64,000 nucleotides of DNA from an uncultured Actinomycetota bacterium (GCA_963753995.1 CAVWEO010000001.1:4341-68340); one strand, 5' to 3'; positions 10,164-19,643 are shown, numbered from the stretch's first letter. The notes: a model not told the origin generated them from the letters alone. A program made the numbers and translations.

Positions 10164-11042
10164 TCAGGGCTTGCTGCCGGCCAGTTTCGGCATGAATGAG
10201 ATAAGTACCTCGGCGGACTCCGCGGCGCCCGGGGCGCACGCGATCTCGACGTCCGCCTCGTCGGCGTGCACGGCGAATGCGGAGTGGTTCGCGAGGCGCG
10301 TTCCCCCGACCGTCAACTCACCCTTTGCCACGAAGCAGAGCCGGATCCGCGGATCCGGCGGGACCGCGTAGCTGCTGCCCGGCGCGAGCTGCACCTCCGA
10401 TACGCAGGTGCCGCATTCGTTGAACGTCGCCAGGCGGCGCTCCGACACGCCCTCGGCGCCCTCGACCGGCAGCCACTCGTACGCCTGCGGGTTGAGCACC
10501 ACGGGCTCGAGGTAGCGGCCCTCCGGATAAACCACGGGCCGCGAGCGGGCCTCCTCCAGAATTGCCTCGAGGGCATCTTGGTTATGGGTTTTGCCATCGC
10601 CATCCTCGTATCGGAAGATGCCCTTTTCGAATCGACCACGCTCAGCAAGCCGGTCACCGATCTCACGCCATTGCTGGTATGGCAGGAAGCCGTTTCCGCT
10701 GGGCCCGCCGAACTGAATCAGCATGTATTCGGTATCGGCGTGCTGATTGAACGGCCCGTACCGCACACCCTCCGGAAAGTATCCGACCCAGCCCTCGGGC
10801 ACGTCCCGCTGTGGCGCGTAGCTGTGTGAGCCGTGCAGCGGAAATCGGATCTGCTCGAAGTCATGCCGATGCCGTGGCGAGAAACCCAACTTCTCGCCCG
10901 ATCGAGAAATGATCATCACGTAGTTGTTCGGGCTGCCAGGGTCACCTTCGAGTAGCACCGTCGCAGTCCCGCCCTGGCCCCGGTGTCCTCCGGTGAGGCC
11001 CTGGCGCCATTCCGCTTCTGCGAGATTCGCGAGTGTAGGCAA
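10164..11042 (-). CDS. Uncharacterised cupin-like protein
   Basis: SPRHRHDFEQIRF and YFPEGVRYGP resemble cupin motifs 1 and 2. TTG start at 11042 follows GGAGG. Confidence 0.65.
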   Translation of the reverse strand: MPTLANLAEAEWRQGLTGGHRGQGGTATVLLEGDPGSPNNYVMIISRSGEKLGFSPRHRHDFEQIRFPLHGSHSYAPQRDVPEGWVGYFPEGVRYGPFNQHADTEYMLIQFGGPSGNGFLPYQQWREIGDRLAERGRFEKGIFRYEDGDGKTHNQDALEAILEEARSRPVVYPEGRYLEPVVLNPQAYEWLPVEGAEGVSERRLATFNECGTCVSEVQLAPGSSYAVPPDPRIRLCFVAKGELTVGGTRLANHSAFAVHADEADVEIACAPGAAESAEVLISFMPKLAGSKP

Positions 11043-11106
11043 GAAAACCTCCGTGATGGCTTGCGTCGTCCAGCACAACTGAGACGGGATCCCCGTAACG
11101 CGGCCG

Positions 11107-11148
11107 ACGCTAGACCCGGAGGTGAAAAGTGTCAACGCTGGCGTTAAC
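11107..11148 (-). promoter_or_regulatory. Promoter TTGACA-N17-TAGCGT with operator GTCAAC-GCTGGC-GTTAAC (11131-11148) over the -35
   Basis: Read directly from the sequence; upstream of the cupin-SBP-ABC unit. Confidence 0.72.
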
Positions 11149-11356
11149 AACTCTTATCGTGTTGTTAGGACACCCCGACTGAGGCGGAATTAGTGAATTT
11201 GCAAATACCAGCATTACGACGCGGCTCGTCGAGCCGGTCACATGAGCGGCGGAACATAAAGTCCAGCGCGTTATCGATTAGTCATCCAAATGAACGGGCC
11301 GACGCCATCCATCAGCTCGACGGCGTTAACCCGCCTCGGCGAACCTCTTCCCCCGG

Positions 11357-11373
11357 ACTCCACAGTGCGGAGT
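11357..11373. promoter_or_regulatory. Palindrome ACTCC-ACAGTGC-GGAGT, possible IclR autoregulatory box
   Basis: Inverted repeat 12 bp upstream of the IclR ATG. Function is inferred. Confidence 0.35.
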
Positions 11374-11384
11374 ACTCTTTTCGT

Positions 11385-12176
11385 ATGGCGAAATCTACAC
11401 CGACGTTGACACAGGGTCAAGGCTCGGCCCTGCAGGTCAAGTCGGTCGGTCGGGTCTTTGCGGTCCTCGAGGCAATGGCGGCAGCACAGGACGAGATCGG
11501 TCTGGTCGAACTGGCCGACACCTGTGCGCTCCCGGTGCCCACCATCCACCGGCTGCTTCGCACCCTTGTCGCGCTGGGGTACGTACGTCAAGAAACGTCC
11601 AGGAAGTACTCACTCGGTCCGGGCCTGATACGACTCGGCGAAGGGTCACACCACCGGCTCGGCGCCTGGGCGCGCCCCCATCTGGCCGCGGTGGTGGCCG
11701 CAACCGGCGAGACGACCAACCTCGCGAAGATGGACGGCGATCTCGTCGCGTATGTCGCGCAGGCACCGTCGCCGCATCTGATGCGCATGTTCACCGGAGT
11801 GGGCCGCCGCGTGCTTCCGCATTGCACCGGCGTGGGCAAGGCCTTGGTCGCACAGCTTCCCGACGACGAGATCATTTCCCTGCTCGACCGCCTCGGCATG
11901 CCGGCGCAGACTGCCCGGACCATCACCAAGAAGTCCGCGTTCCTCGACGAGGTCGCTCGGGTCCGAGAACGCGGCTATGCGGTGGACGAGGGCGAGCAAG
12001 AGGTCGGCGTTCGTTGCGTCGCCGTGCCGATGTCGCCCGGTTCGGCCACCTTCGCCCTGTCCATCTCCGGTCCGGACGGTCGGATGACGGATGAGCTCAT
12101 CGCCAAGGCAGTTCCGATGCTGCGCACGACCGCGGCTGGACTGGCCGCGGAATTCGGGCGAGCGCTGATCCCCTAG
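11385..12176 (+). CDS. IclR-family transcriptional regulator (AllR/IclR-like)
   Basis: HTH LPVPTIHRLLRTL, HCTGVGKA, GYAVDEGEQEVGVRCVA. Start set at ATG 11385. Confidence 0.92.
   Translation: MAKSTPTLTQGQGSALQVKSVGRVFAVLEAMAAAQDEIGLVELADTCALPVPTIHRLLRTLVALGYVRQETSRKYSLGPGLIRLGEGSHHRLGAWARPHLAAVVAATGETTNLAKMDGDLVAYVAQAPSPHLMRMFTGVGRRVLPHCTGVGKALVAQLPDDEIISLLDRLGMPAQTARTITKKSAFLDEVARVRERGYAVDEGEQEVGVRCVAVPMSPGSATFALSISGPDGRMTDELIAKAVPMLRTTAAGLAAEFGRALIP
11393..11410. promoter_or_regulatory. Operator-like ATCTAC-ACCGAC-GTTGAC in the first codons of iclR
   Basis: Two mismatches to GTCAAC-N6-GTTGAC; same variant half-site as at 12234. Confidence 0.45.
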
Positions 12177-12233
12177 GTCCGACGCCTGCCTCCCGACCAC
12201 CAGGCAAGAGGCGTTCCCGCGCATTTGCGCTGA

Positions 12234-12251
12234 ATCTACATTGCCGTTGAC
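12234..12251. promoter_or_regulatory. Operator ATCTAC-ATTGCC-GTTGAC upstream of SDR, overlapping TTGACA
   Basis: Intergenic; the right half-site forms the -35 TTGACA (12247-12252). Confidence 0.6.
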
Positions 12252-12355
12252 AGCCATCGAGCGCTTGGCGAGACTCGACCCGGACTCCCCCGCGAGCCGA
12301 ACGAACCGCGGGGCGTACCGCCTCCGCAGCCGATCTACCGCCAGAAGGAGCGCGA

Positions 12356-13135
12356 ATGACACCTCGGTTGGCCCAGCGGGTCGCGATCGTGACCGGCGGG
12401 GCCTCCGGCTTCGGACGGGCCACCGCCTTGCTCTTCGCCGAACAGGGCGCGCGTGTGGTGCTCGGCGACCTCGACACCGAGCACGGTGCGCAGGTCGTCG
12501 CCGAAATCGTTGCCGCCGGCGGCCAAGCGGAGTTCGTGCACGGCGACGTGAGCGATGCCGCCGTTGCCGAGCGACTGGTGAACACCGCCGTGTCGCGCTT
12601 CGGCGCAGTGGACGTGCTGGTCAACAATGCCGGCATCGCACAAGACCCGCGCGAGGAGTCCTGGAACGCCGCCGAGGACATGTGGGACCGCATCATCCGG
12701 GTCAATCTCCGAAGCGTGTACGTCTGCACTCGGGCCGCGGTGCCGACCATGCAATCGGCCGGCCGCGGCGCCATCGTGAACATCGCGTCGATCGCGGCGA
12801 CCGTCAGCACCGGTGGCTCGGCCTACGCGGCCTCGAAAGGGGGCATGCTCAGCTACAGCCGGCACATCGCCGTCGAGCTGGCACCGGTCGTTCGGGTCAA
12901 CTGCGTGTCCCCCGGCTTCATGCGCACACCGATGTCGACCGGAGAACGACGCGGCGTCCCCCAAGACGCCCAGGAACGGCGCATGGCGGATTTCGCCACC
13001 TGGAATCCGATGCGGCGCGCGGGGGCGGCCGCCGACATAGCCAACGCAGCGCTGTACCTCGCCAGCGACGAGTCAGCGTTCGTCACCGGCCAGCAGATCG
13101 TCGTGGACGGCGGGCACCTGGTCTTCTCGCACTAG
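12356..13135 (+). CDS. SDR family oxidoreductase
   Basis: TGGASGFG, NNAG, YAASK. Confidence 0.93.
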   Translation: MTPRLAQRVAIVTGGASGFGRATALLFAEQGARVVLGDLDTEHGAQVVAEIVAAGGQAEFVHGDVSDAAVAERLVNTAVSRFGAVDVLVNNAGIAQDPREESWNAAEDMWDRIIRVNLRSVYVCTRAAVPTMQSAGRGAIVNIASIAATVSTGGSAYAASKGGMLSYSRHIAVELAPVVRVNCVSPGFMRTPMSTGERRGVPQDAQERRMADFATWNPMRRAGAAADIANAALYLASDESAFVTGQQIVVDGGHLVFSH

Positions 13136-13164
13136 TGGACTGTGCTCGCGACGGGCCCGAGCGA

Positions 13165-13216
13165 ACGGCCCGACCTGACGGCCCGACCTGACGGCCCGAC
13201 CTGATGGCCCGACCTA
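13165..13216 (+). repeat. 13-bp tandem repeat ACGGCCCGACCTG x4 between convergent genes
   Basis: Exact units at 13165, 13178 and 13191; variant ATGGCCCGACCTA at 13204 contains the BVMO stop; degenerate copy at 13151. Confidence 0.9.
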
Positions 13217-14827
13217 GCGGCACAGGGCGAACCCCTCGTACCCGCGGCGCGCGACGCCATCGCAGAGCTCTCGATACGGTCCCACGCCACCGACGTAAGC
13301 CATGAACGTCGCCGGCTTGCCCGGGATGTTCGCGCCCAGATACCAGGAGTTGGCACGTGGGAACAGTGTCTGGGCAGCAGCATCGGCGACGTGTCGACCC
13401 CAGGCCTGCTCGGCGGCGGGACGGGCCTCGGCGGTAGCGACATTGTGCCGGCGCATGAAGGTGAGCAGGTCCGCGATCCAGTCGACGTGCTGCTCGATCG
13501 AGACAATCATGTTCGACAGCACCGACGGGCTGCCCGGCCCGGTGATGGTGAACATGTTCGGGAAACCGCTGATCGCCAGGCCGAGATACGCGCGCGGACC
13601 GTGTGCCCACGCCTCGCGCAGGCTGTAGCCGCCGCAGCCGGTGATGTCCATCCGAAGCAGCGGTCCGGTAACAGCGTCGAACCCGGTCGCGAAGATCAGC
13701 ACGTCGAGGTCGTAGTCGTCTCTACTCGTGCGGATGCCGCGGCCGGTGATCTGCACCAGCGGCTCGCTGCGCAGGTCGACCACGCGCACGTGCGGCAGGT
13801 TGAACGTCTCGTAGAAACCGGAGTCCAGGCAGATTCGCTTGGCCCCGATGGGGTAGTCGAGCGGCGTCAACCGTTCTCGCACGGCCGGGTCGCGCACGGC
13901 GGCGCCGATCTTCCCGCGCACGAAGTCGGCCACGATCACATTCGCCGCCTCGTCGGTCATGGTGTCGCTGAACTCGCGCAACACTCCGGCGCCACCGCGT
14001 CGCCAGGCGGCCTCGAGTATCGCGGTGCGCTGCTCGGCCGGTAGCTCGAACGCCGATCGGGGCGTCACCCCCGGCTCGGACAGCCCGATCCTGGATTGCC
14101 GTTGTACCGAACGATGATGCGCGTATTCGCGTTTCCAGCCTGCCTCGTAATCCGGTGGCATCGGGGTGTTCCGGGCCGGCACGCTGAATTGCGGGGTGCG
14201 CTGGAAGACGTGCAGCCGGGCCGCCAACGGCGCGACGGCCGTGATGACCTGCACACCGGTCGAACCGGTGCCGATCACACCGACCCGCTTGCCGGCCAGT
14301 TCCACCTGGTCGGCCGGCCACGATGCGGTGTGGTAGCTCGCGCCTTCGAATGAATCGCCGCCGTCGATGTCCGGCACGTTGACCGCAGACAGGCAGCCGG
14401 CCGCAGTGACCAGAAACCGTGCCGACACGCTTTCGTTGCGCTGCGTCGTGACGTGCCAGCACCGGCGACGTTCGTCGAAGCGCGCAGCCACCACCCGAGT
14501 GTCGAACTCGATGTCAGGGCGCAGGTTGAATCGGTCTGCCACATGGCGGATGTAGTCGAGAAGCTCCGGCTGGGCCGCGTACCGCTCGCTCCAATGCCAG
14601 CGCTGCTCGAGATCGGATGAGAAGGAATACGAATACTGCATGCTCTCCACGTCGACGCGAGCCCCCGGGTACCGGTTCCAATACCACGTACCGCCTACGT
14701 CGCCACCGGCCTCGAAAACCCGCACCCGGAACCCTGCCGTTCGCAGGCGATGCAGCGCATACATGCCGGCGAACCCGGCACCGACAACGATCACGTCCAG
14801 ACCGTCGGGATCTGAGTCCGACCTCAC
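13214..14827 (-). CDS. Type I Baeyer-Villiger monooxygenase (CHMO/PAMO-like)
   Basis: GAGFAG, GGTWYWNRYPGARVD, fingerprint FEGASYHTASWP, GTGSTG, KRICLD, ATGFD. Confidence 0.93.
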   Translation of the reverse strand: MRSDSDPDGLDVIVVGAGFAGMYALHRLRTAGFRVRVFEAGGDVGGTWYWNRYPGARVDVESMQYSYSFSSDLEQRWHWSERYAAQPELLDYIRHVADRFNLRPDIEFDTRVVAARFDERRRCWHVTTQRNESVSARFLVTAAGCLSAVNVPDIDGGDSFEGASYHTASWPADQVELAGKRVGVIGTGSTGVQVITAVAPLAARLHVFQRTPQFSVPARNTPMPPDYEAGWKREYAHHRSVQRQSRIGLSEPGVTPRSAFELPAEQRTAILEAAWRRGGAGVLREFSDTMTDEAANVIVADFVRGKIGAAVRDPAVRERLTPLDYPIGAKRICLDSGFYETFNLPHVRVVDLRSEPLVQITGRGIRTSRDDYDLDVLIFATGFDAVTGPLLRMDITGCGGYSLREAWAHGPRAYLGLAISGFPNMFTITGPGSPSVLSNMIVSIEQHVDWIADLLTFMRRHNVATAEARPAAEQAWGRHVADAAAQTLFPRANSWYLGANIPGKPATFMAYVGGVGPYRELCDGVARRGYEGFALCR

Positions 14828-14887
14828 CTTGGCCAGAGTACTTCCGGACGAGGTCGTCTCCGATCGTGGTCGGGCGCGCGGTGCCGC

Positions 14888-15481
14888 TCATCGACGGGGA
14901 CGCCTGAGCCAACCATCGCTAGTCCCGGACCAGTGGTAGTGGCACGGCTGCCACCAGAGGCACCTCGAGAACGCAAAGGCAGCACCACATGCACATCGGC
15001 GGCACGCCATCGTGGTTGCACCGAACGCTGCGCAACAGCGACTCGACCCGCATTCGGTACCAACGAGATCGAATGACTTCCAGCGGGCCTTGGTGAACCA
15101 GGACCGTGCGTCGGCTATACACGATGCAACTTCCTCGTCCGCGCCAGCGCAAGAGCCCTGCCGGGCATATTCGAGCGGCCCGGTGCCCGCGCGAGTGCAG
15201 ACAACCGTCAGTCCGCTCTCGGTGTCGGTCAACCAGTCGCCGACGCTAACACCCACATCCGAGGCCTCGTTGTCAGCGAAAGGCGCGCTACACGGAACGG
15301 GAGGTACTTCGACCATGAGGTGACCCGCACAGGTCAGTCGTCCCGGCGCACATGGTGTTTGGATCACGGTGACGCGAACGGTGTCGTCACCAGTACCCAG
15401 GGTCTGAAAGCGATGCAACGTCGCCGCGCTGTGGTGCGACGCACCAGATGTTTCGACCCCGGCATATATCACTGCAGCCAT
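14888..15481 (-). CDS. Small uncharacterised Cys-containing protein
   Basis: Core VTVIQTP..LTCAGHLM..DTESGLTVVCTRAGTGPL resembles a roughly 100-aa hypothetical family I recall from actinobacterial lipid-catabolic clusters. It has its own promoter and operator. The C-terminal part is doubtful. Confidence 0.5.
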   Translation of the reverse strand: MAAVIYAGVETSGASHHSAATLHRFQTLGTGDDTVRVTVIQTPCAPGRLTCAGHLMVEVPPVPCSAPFADNEASDVGVSVGDWLTDTESGLTVVCTRAGTGPLEYARQGSCAGADEEVASCIADARSWFTKARWKSFDLVGTECGSSRCCAAFGATTMACRRCACGAAFAFSRCLWWQPCHYHWSGTSDGWLRRPRR

Positions 15482-15514
15482 CCGCACTCTCCGAGCATCA
15501 CGACCCTCAAGTCA

Positions 15515-15557
15515 AGCCTAAGTTGCCACCAACACGAGCGTCAACATGAAAGTTGAC
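15515..15557 (-). promoter_or_regulatory. Promoter TTGACG-N18-TAGGCT with perfect operator GTCAAC-ATGAAA-GTTGAC (15540-15557)
   Basis: Read directly from the sequence. Confidence 0.75.
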
Positions 15558-15561
15558 ATGA

Positions 15562-16878
15562 CTACCCGGCGGCCGTGAACAGCTGAATGAGCAGGGTGAG
15601 GTTGAGCGCGGTAATGGCAACGGTGACGACGACCATCGCGGCTTTGGTCATTGGGCCGTTCGTCATCTCGGCCATCACCCTGCGATCGTTCGAGACGATC
15701 GCCAATGGCACCAGCGCAAACGGAATCCCGAACGACAGGACGATCTGGGAGACGACGAGGGCCTGACTCGTGTTCGATGTCGTCGCGAGCACCACAAGGG
15801 CAGGCACGATCGTGATCAGACGGCGGGCGAAGATGCTGAATCGCCAACCCGTAAAGCCGCTCATGACCACCTGGCCGGAGTAGGTGCCGACGCTCGCCGA
15901 GGCAAGCCCGGATGCGATCAAGGACACCGCAAACGCGAGGGCCGCGCCGCCGCCGACCAGCTGACCGATCCTGCTGTGGATTTGATCGAGGCCAACCGAA
16001 CCATTCGTGCGCGCGCCCGCGAAGACCGACGCTCCGATGCACAGCATGGCCAGGTTGATGGCCCCAGCCGCTCCGAGGCCGATGACACAGTCCCAGCGAT
16101 TCGCACGCAGCAGCGTCCGGCGCTCGCCGCGGCCAACGGCCGTGATGCGGGCTTGGTGCAATGCAGAATGTGCATAGATCGCGTGCGGCATGACGGTTGC
16201 ACCCACGATGCCGACCGCAAGCTGCAAGGCGCCGGCGTCAGAAATGTGCGGAACGAGCCCGTTACCCAGATGCGCGAAATCCTTGTGGTCGACAGAGGCA
16301 AAATCGTAGACGATTCCGGCGGCCAACAACATCAACAGCGCGACAATTGCCAATTCGAATGGGCGATAGCCTCGCTGGCGCAAACTCAGCACGCTGAACG
16401 CCGCGGCGGCGGAGACGACACCGGCTGCAAACAGCGGCATGCCGAACAGCAAATGTAGGCCGATCGCAGCGCCCACGATCTCGGCAAGGTCGGTCGCCAT
16501 AGCGACAATCTCGGCCTGTCCCCACAACAGGAGATTGGCGCGCCGATCGAACCGGGTTCGGCAGAGTTCGGGCAACGTGCGGCCGGTGGCAAGGCCGACC
16601 TTGCCTGAGACGTACTGCACCAGCATGCCAACGATGTTGGCCAAGACGATCACCCAGGCCAGCTCGTACCCGTATCGGGCACCCCCGGTGAAGTTGGTTG
16701 CGAAGTTGCCCGGGTCCACGTAAGCGACTGCGGCCACAAATGCCGGACCGAGCAGGCCGACGGCGAAACGCACTCGGCCACGCCGCCGCAGCTCGAGGAG
16801 ATCGGTGCTCAGCAGGGGGATGACAGGTCCCAGCAAAGCCGAGCTCTCTGCAGAACCTCCCTCCGGAGCGTCATCCAA
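15562..16878 (-). CDS. mntH: Nramp-family divalent metal (Mn/Fe) transporter
   Basis: YVDPGNF (TM1), GATVMPH (TM6), GTYSGQVVMSGF, SQIVLSFGIPF. Confidence 0.93.
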   Translation of the reverse strand: MDDAPEGGSAESSALLGPVIPLLSTDLLELRRRGRVRFAVGLLGPAFVAAVAYVDPGNFATNFTGGARYGYELAWVIVLANIVGMLVQYVSGKVGLATGRTLPELCRTRFDRRANLLLWGQAEIVAMATDLAEIVGAAIGLHLLFGMPLFAAGVVSAAAAFSVLSLRQRGYRPFELAIVALLMLLAAGIVYDFASVDHKDFAHLGNGLVPHISDAGALQLAVGIVGATVMPHAIYAHSALHQARITAVGRGERRTLLRANRWDCVIGLGAAGAINLAMLCIGASVFAGARTNGSVGLDQIHSRIGQLVGGGAALAFAVSLIASGLASASVGTYSGQVVMSGFTGWRFSIFARRLITIVPALVVLATTSNTSQALVVSQIVLSFGIPFALVPLAIVSNDRRVMAEMTNGPMTKAAMVVVTVAITALNLTLLIQLFTAAG

Positions 16879-16964
16879 TCAAGACCCTTTCAACACGATG
16901 CCGTGTTGGCTGGCGCCAACGATGAACCGAGGTGAGCGGCGACCGTGTTCGCCGACCGACCAGG

Positions 16965-17324
16965 TCAGGACGAGCCTCGGGGCCCCACCAGCACGCGGTC
17001 GCCTTCGACGGAGACGTCGTAACTGGCGACACGGAACCGAGGATCGCTGGTGCACTGACCGTCCCGGAGCGAATACCCCCAGGTGTGCCAGGGACACAGC
17101 AGCGCAGGGTTGCCCGGATCGACCGTGACCGGCCCGTCCGGATCGGCGCAACTGAGCTGAGGGCGGACCACGCCGGACATGAAGGACTGGCCTTGATGCG
17201 GGCAGATGTTGCGCAGCGCGAAGATCTCGTCACCGGTCTGGACCAGAACGATTTCGCGACCGTCGACGGTCACGACAATAGGTTCGTCCGGCCGGAGATC
17301 GGACGTCGAGCACGCGAACTGCAT
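16965..17324 (-). CDS. Rieske [2Fe-2S] ferredoxin with a long inter-motif loop
   Basis: CPH-x33-CPWH; start ATG 17324. Confidence 0.9.
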   Translation of the reverse strand: MQFACSTSDLRPDEPIVVTVDGREIVLVQTGDEIFALRNICPHQGQSFMSGVVRPQLSCADPDGPVTVDPGNPALLCPWHTWGYSLRDGQCTSDPRFRVASYDVSVEGDRVLVGPRGSS

Positions 17325-17329
17325 TCCCC

Positions 17330-18475
17330 TCACCCAGCCGCAGCCACTGGCGTCGCATTCCGTCCCGCGGCCGGGGCCGTCGGCGGGGTCCAGCCGTACC
17401 ACTCGCACGCGTTGTCGCACAGGACCTTGCTCGTCCACGACTTGGGCAGCATCCGCGCTACGTATGAAGGGTCGTCGAAGGAGATGTGCGGATAGTCGCT
17501 GGAGTAGCACAGCAAGTCCTCCATGCCGTCGACAGCGGCAAAGAAGTCCGGCACTTCGCGCGGCGTGCGGCCCACCTCGATCGGCTGGGTCGAGAACTTG
17601 ATGTGGTCACGGACGTACTCGCTCGGCCACTTCTTGACCCACGTCGATTCGAGGCGGAAGGAGTCGTAGTACTGGTCCATCCGCCACAGCATCGACGGTA
17701 TCCACGCGACGCCGTACTCCTTGATGATGATCCGCAGGTCAGGATACTTCTCGAACACGCCGTTGACGATGAAGCTGCTGACGAAGTGCTGGGCCTGCTG
17801 CGTCTGCAGCGAAATCGTCTCTGAGGTGGTCATCATCGGCGACGGCGTGGTACGGGCGGTCACCTTCGGCCGCTCGGCGGCGGCCTGGTGGATGCTCAGG
17901 ACCAGACCCATCTCCACGGCCGCTTCGTAGATCTTGTGATAGACGGGGTGGCCGAAGGGCTTTCCGAGCGGGCTCCCCACCAGGAGCACGCCGTCCATCT
18001 GCGGATGGCCGCCGACGCGCCTGATCTCGGCCGCCGCCTCATCGGGCGTCGCCATCGGGGACACGATCAGGCCCCGCAACCGCTCGTCGCGTGCCAGCCA
18101 GTAGTCGATGGTCCAGTTGTTCGCGGCCGTGCAGACCGCAGCCGACAGCTCGGGATTGGACAGCAGTGCATATTCGCCGATGTCGTGCGTCAGCACTGCC
18201 CGGAAGTAGTTGCACGGGTCGAGAAGCTTGTCACGCAGCATCTCGTAACTTGATCCTGGGAAGTACCCGTCATCGCCGAAGGTGTCAGCACGCCGGGCCG
18301 CATTGTTGAGAACCGGCGAAGCAAGCACATTCGGTGGATCCAGCACCGGACTCGAGTGCGGATCAGCGGTCACCAGTTCCCGGGCGAAGCTCGGCAGGTA
18401 GTCGATGATCTCCCACACCGATTTCGGGCGGTTGTGGACATCGACGTCGACGACCGGTCCGGTGTAAGCGGCCAT
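17330..18475 (-). CDS. Amidohydrolase-fold protein with intact metal ligands; probable catalytic subunit of a dinuclear monooxygenase
   Basis: DVDVH, SIHQ, KEYG, STQPIE, YSSDYPH..DDP; lies just before the Rieske gene. The fold call is firm, the function is inferred. Confidence 0.85.
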   Translation of the reverse strand: MAAYTGPVVDVDVHNRPKSVWEIIDYLPSFARELVTADPHSSPVLDPPNVLASPVLNNAARRADTFGDDGYFPGSSYEMLRDKLLDPCNYFRAVLTHDIGEYALLSNPELSAAVCTAANNWTIDYWLARDERLRGLIVSPMATPDEAAAEIRRVGGHPQMDGVLLVGSPLGKPFGHPVYHKIYEAAVEMGLVLSIHQAAAERPKVTARTTPSPMMTTSETISLQTQQAQHFVSSFIVNGVFEKYPDLRIIIKEYGVAWIPSMLWRMDQYYDSFRLESTWVKKWPSEYVRDHIKFSTQPIEVGRTPREVPDFFAAVDGMEDLLCYSSDYPHISFDDPSYVARMLPKSWTSKVLCDNACEWYGWTPPTAPAAGRNATPVAAAG

Positions 18476-18524
18476 GTTGTGCTCCCTAGGGTGAGCGGTG
18501 ATACCTCTATTAGTGTGTTCCCAC

Positions 18525-19643
18525 TTAGAGCGAGAACAAAGCTTTTGCGTTGTCGTAGAAGACGCGGGTGTGCCAATCCGCCGGGATCCGGGCGCTGAGG
18601 GTGTCGACATCCTCGGCATCACGAAGCGGGTAGCCGCTGGTGAAGGTGATCATGTCGCCGAGCTCGGGGTATGAGGCGAACATGGCGGTCAGCTCACCGG
18701 GGTTGCGCGGGCTCTCCATGGCTCCGGTACTGAGCCGCACATGATCGTGCATGTACTCGCTCGGCAGTCTCGTCATCCAAGGCACCTCGTGCGGGTTCAT
18801 CCGGTACCAATAGTCGAGCCGCCAGGAGTAGGCCGGCAGCCACGCCACGCCTCCGCCGACACACAGCACGCGCAGGTTCGGGTGGCGGTCGAAGACGCCT
18901 TCCATGATGAGGCTGGCCACGTGCGCCATGAGTGTGTGCCCGGCGTGCGATGCGTATTCGGCGTACGTCGCCGGCAGCCCACCCGCGGTCGGGCTGCTGT
19001 CCAGCGAGGAGATCGCGTCGCTGCCCACTTGGATCACGATCGGCAGGTTCAGCTCTGCCGCGGCCTCGTATATCTCGTGATACGCAGAATGACCAAAAGC
19101 TCTGCCCAGCCCGTTCGCTCCCATCGCCACGCCGACCATCCGCGGATTCCTACCGAACTCCCTGATGTCAGCTGCGGCCGTACGTGGCGCGGCGCTGGTG
19201 ACCAGAACGAGTGCCCGCAACCGGTCATCGCGCGGCAACCACTGCTCGATGGTCCAACGGTTCGCCGCCCGGGTGACCGCGCGGGCCATGACGTAGTGGT
19301 TGACTCCAGTCGTCCGCAGCGCTTCGGAGTAACCCAGCACCGCATACTCGCGGCCCTCGACCGCCTGACGCACCACGACATCCACGTCCGACGCCGGCGG
19401 CGCCCCGCCTTCATAAGAGGCCTCTGAGGCGTAGCCCTTCGGATCCTTGTACAACCAGCCGGCCTTCATGGTCAGCGGTCCGGCCTTGTCGCCCGGACGC
19501 AGGATGACCTCGCGCCACCCCGGCTCGAGGTAGTCTGCTAGCGCCGTCGTGGACGGCCATTCGTGGAACAGGCACGCGTCGATGGTTGGGCCCGCATAGG
19601 CCTTACCGACTTCACCGACCTTGGCTACCGACAGGGTTGCCAT
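18525..19643 (-). CDS. Amidohydrolase-fold protein with degenerate metal site; probable partner subunit
   Basis: Collinear with its neighbour, but DACLFH, IQVG, VGGG and TSGYPL replace the ligand motifs. ATG 19643 follows AGGAGG. Confidence 0.85.
   Translation of the reverse strand: MATLSVAKVGEVGKAYAGPTIDACLFHEWPSTTALADYLEPGWREVILRPGDKAGPLTMKAGWLYKDPKGYASEASYEGGAPPASDVDVVVRQAVEGREYAVLGYSEALRTTGVNHYVMARAVTRAANRWTIEQWLPRDDRLRALVLVTSAAPRTAAADIREFGRNPRMVGVAMGANGLGRAFGHSAYHEIYEAAAELNLPIVIQVGSDAISSLDSSPTAGGLPATYAEYASHAGHTLMAHVASLIMEGVFDRHPNLRVLCVGGGVAWLPAYSWRLDYWYRMNPHEVPWMTRLPSEYMHDHVRLSTGAMESPRNPGELTAMFASYPELGDMITFTSGYPLRDAEDVDTLSARIPADWHTRVFYDNAKALFSL

Noticed and set aside
13165-13216. Possible CRISPR array
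   Set aside because: 13-bp units are directly adjacent with no spacers, and there are no cas genes.
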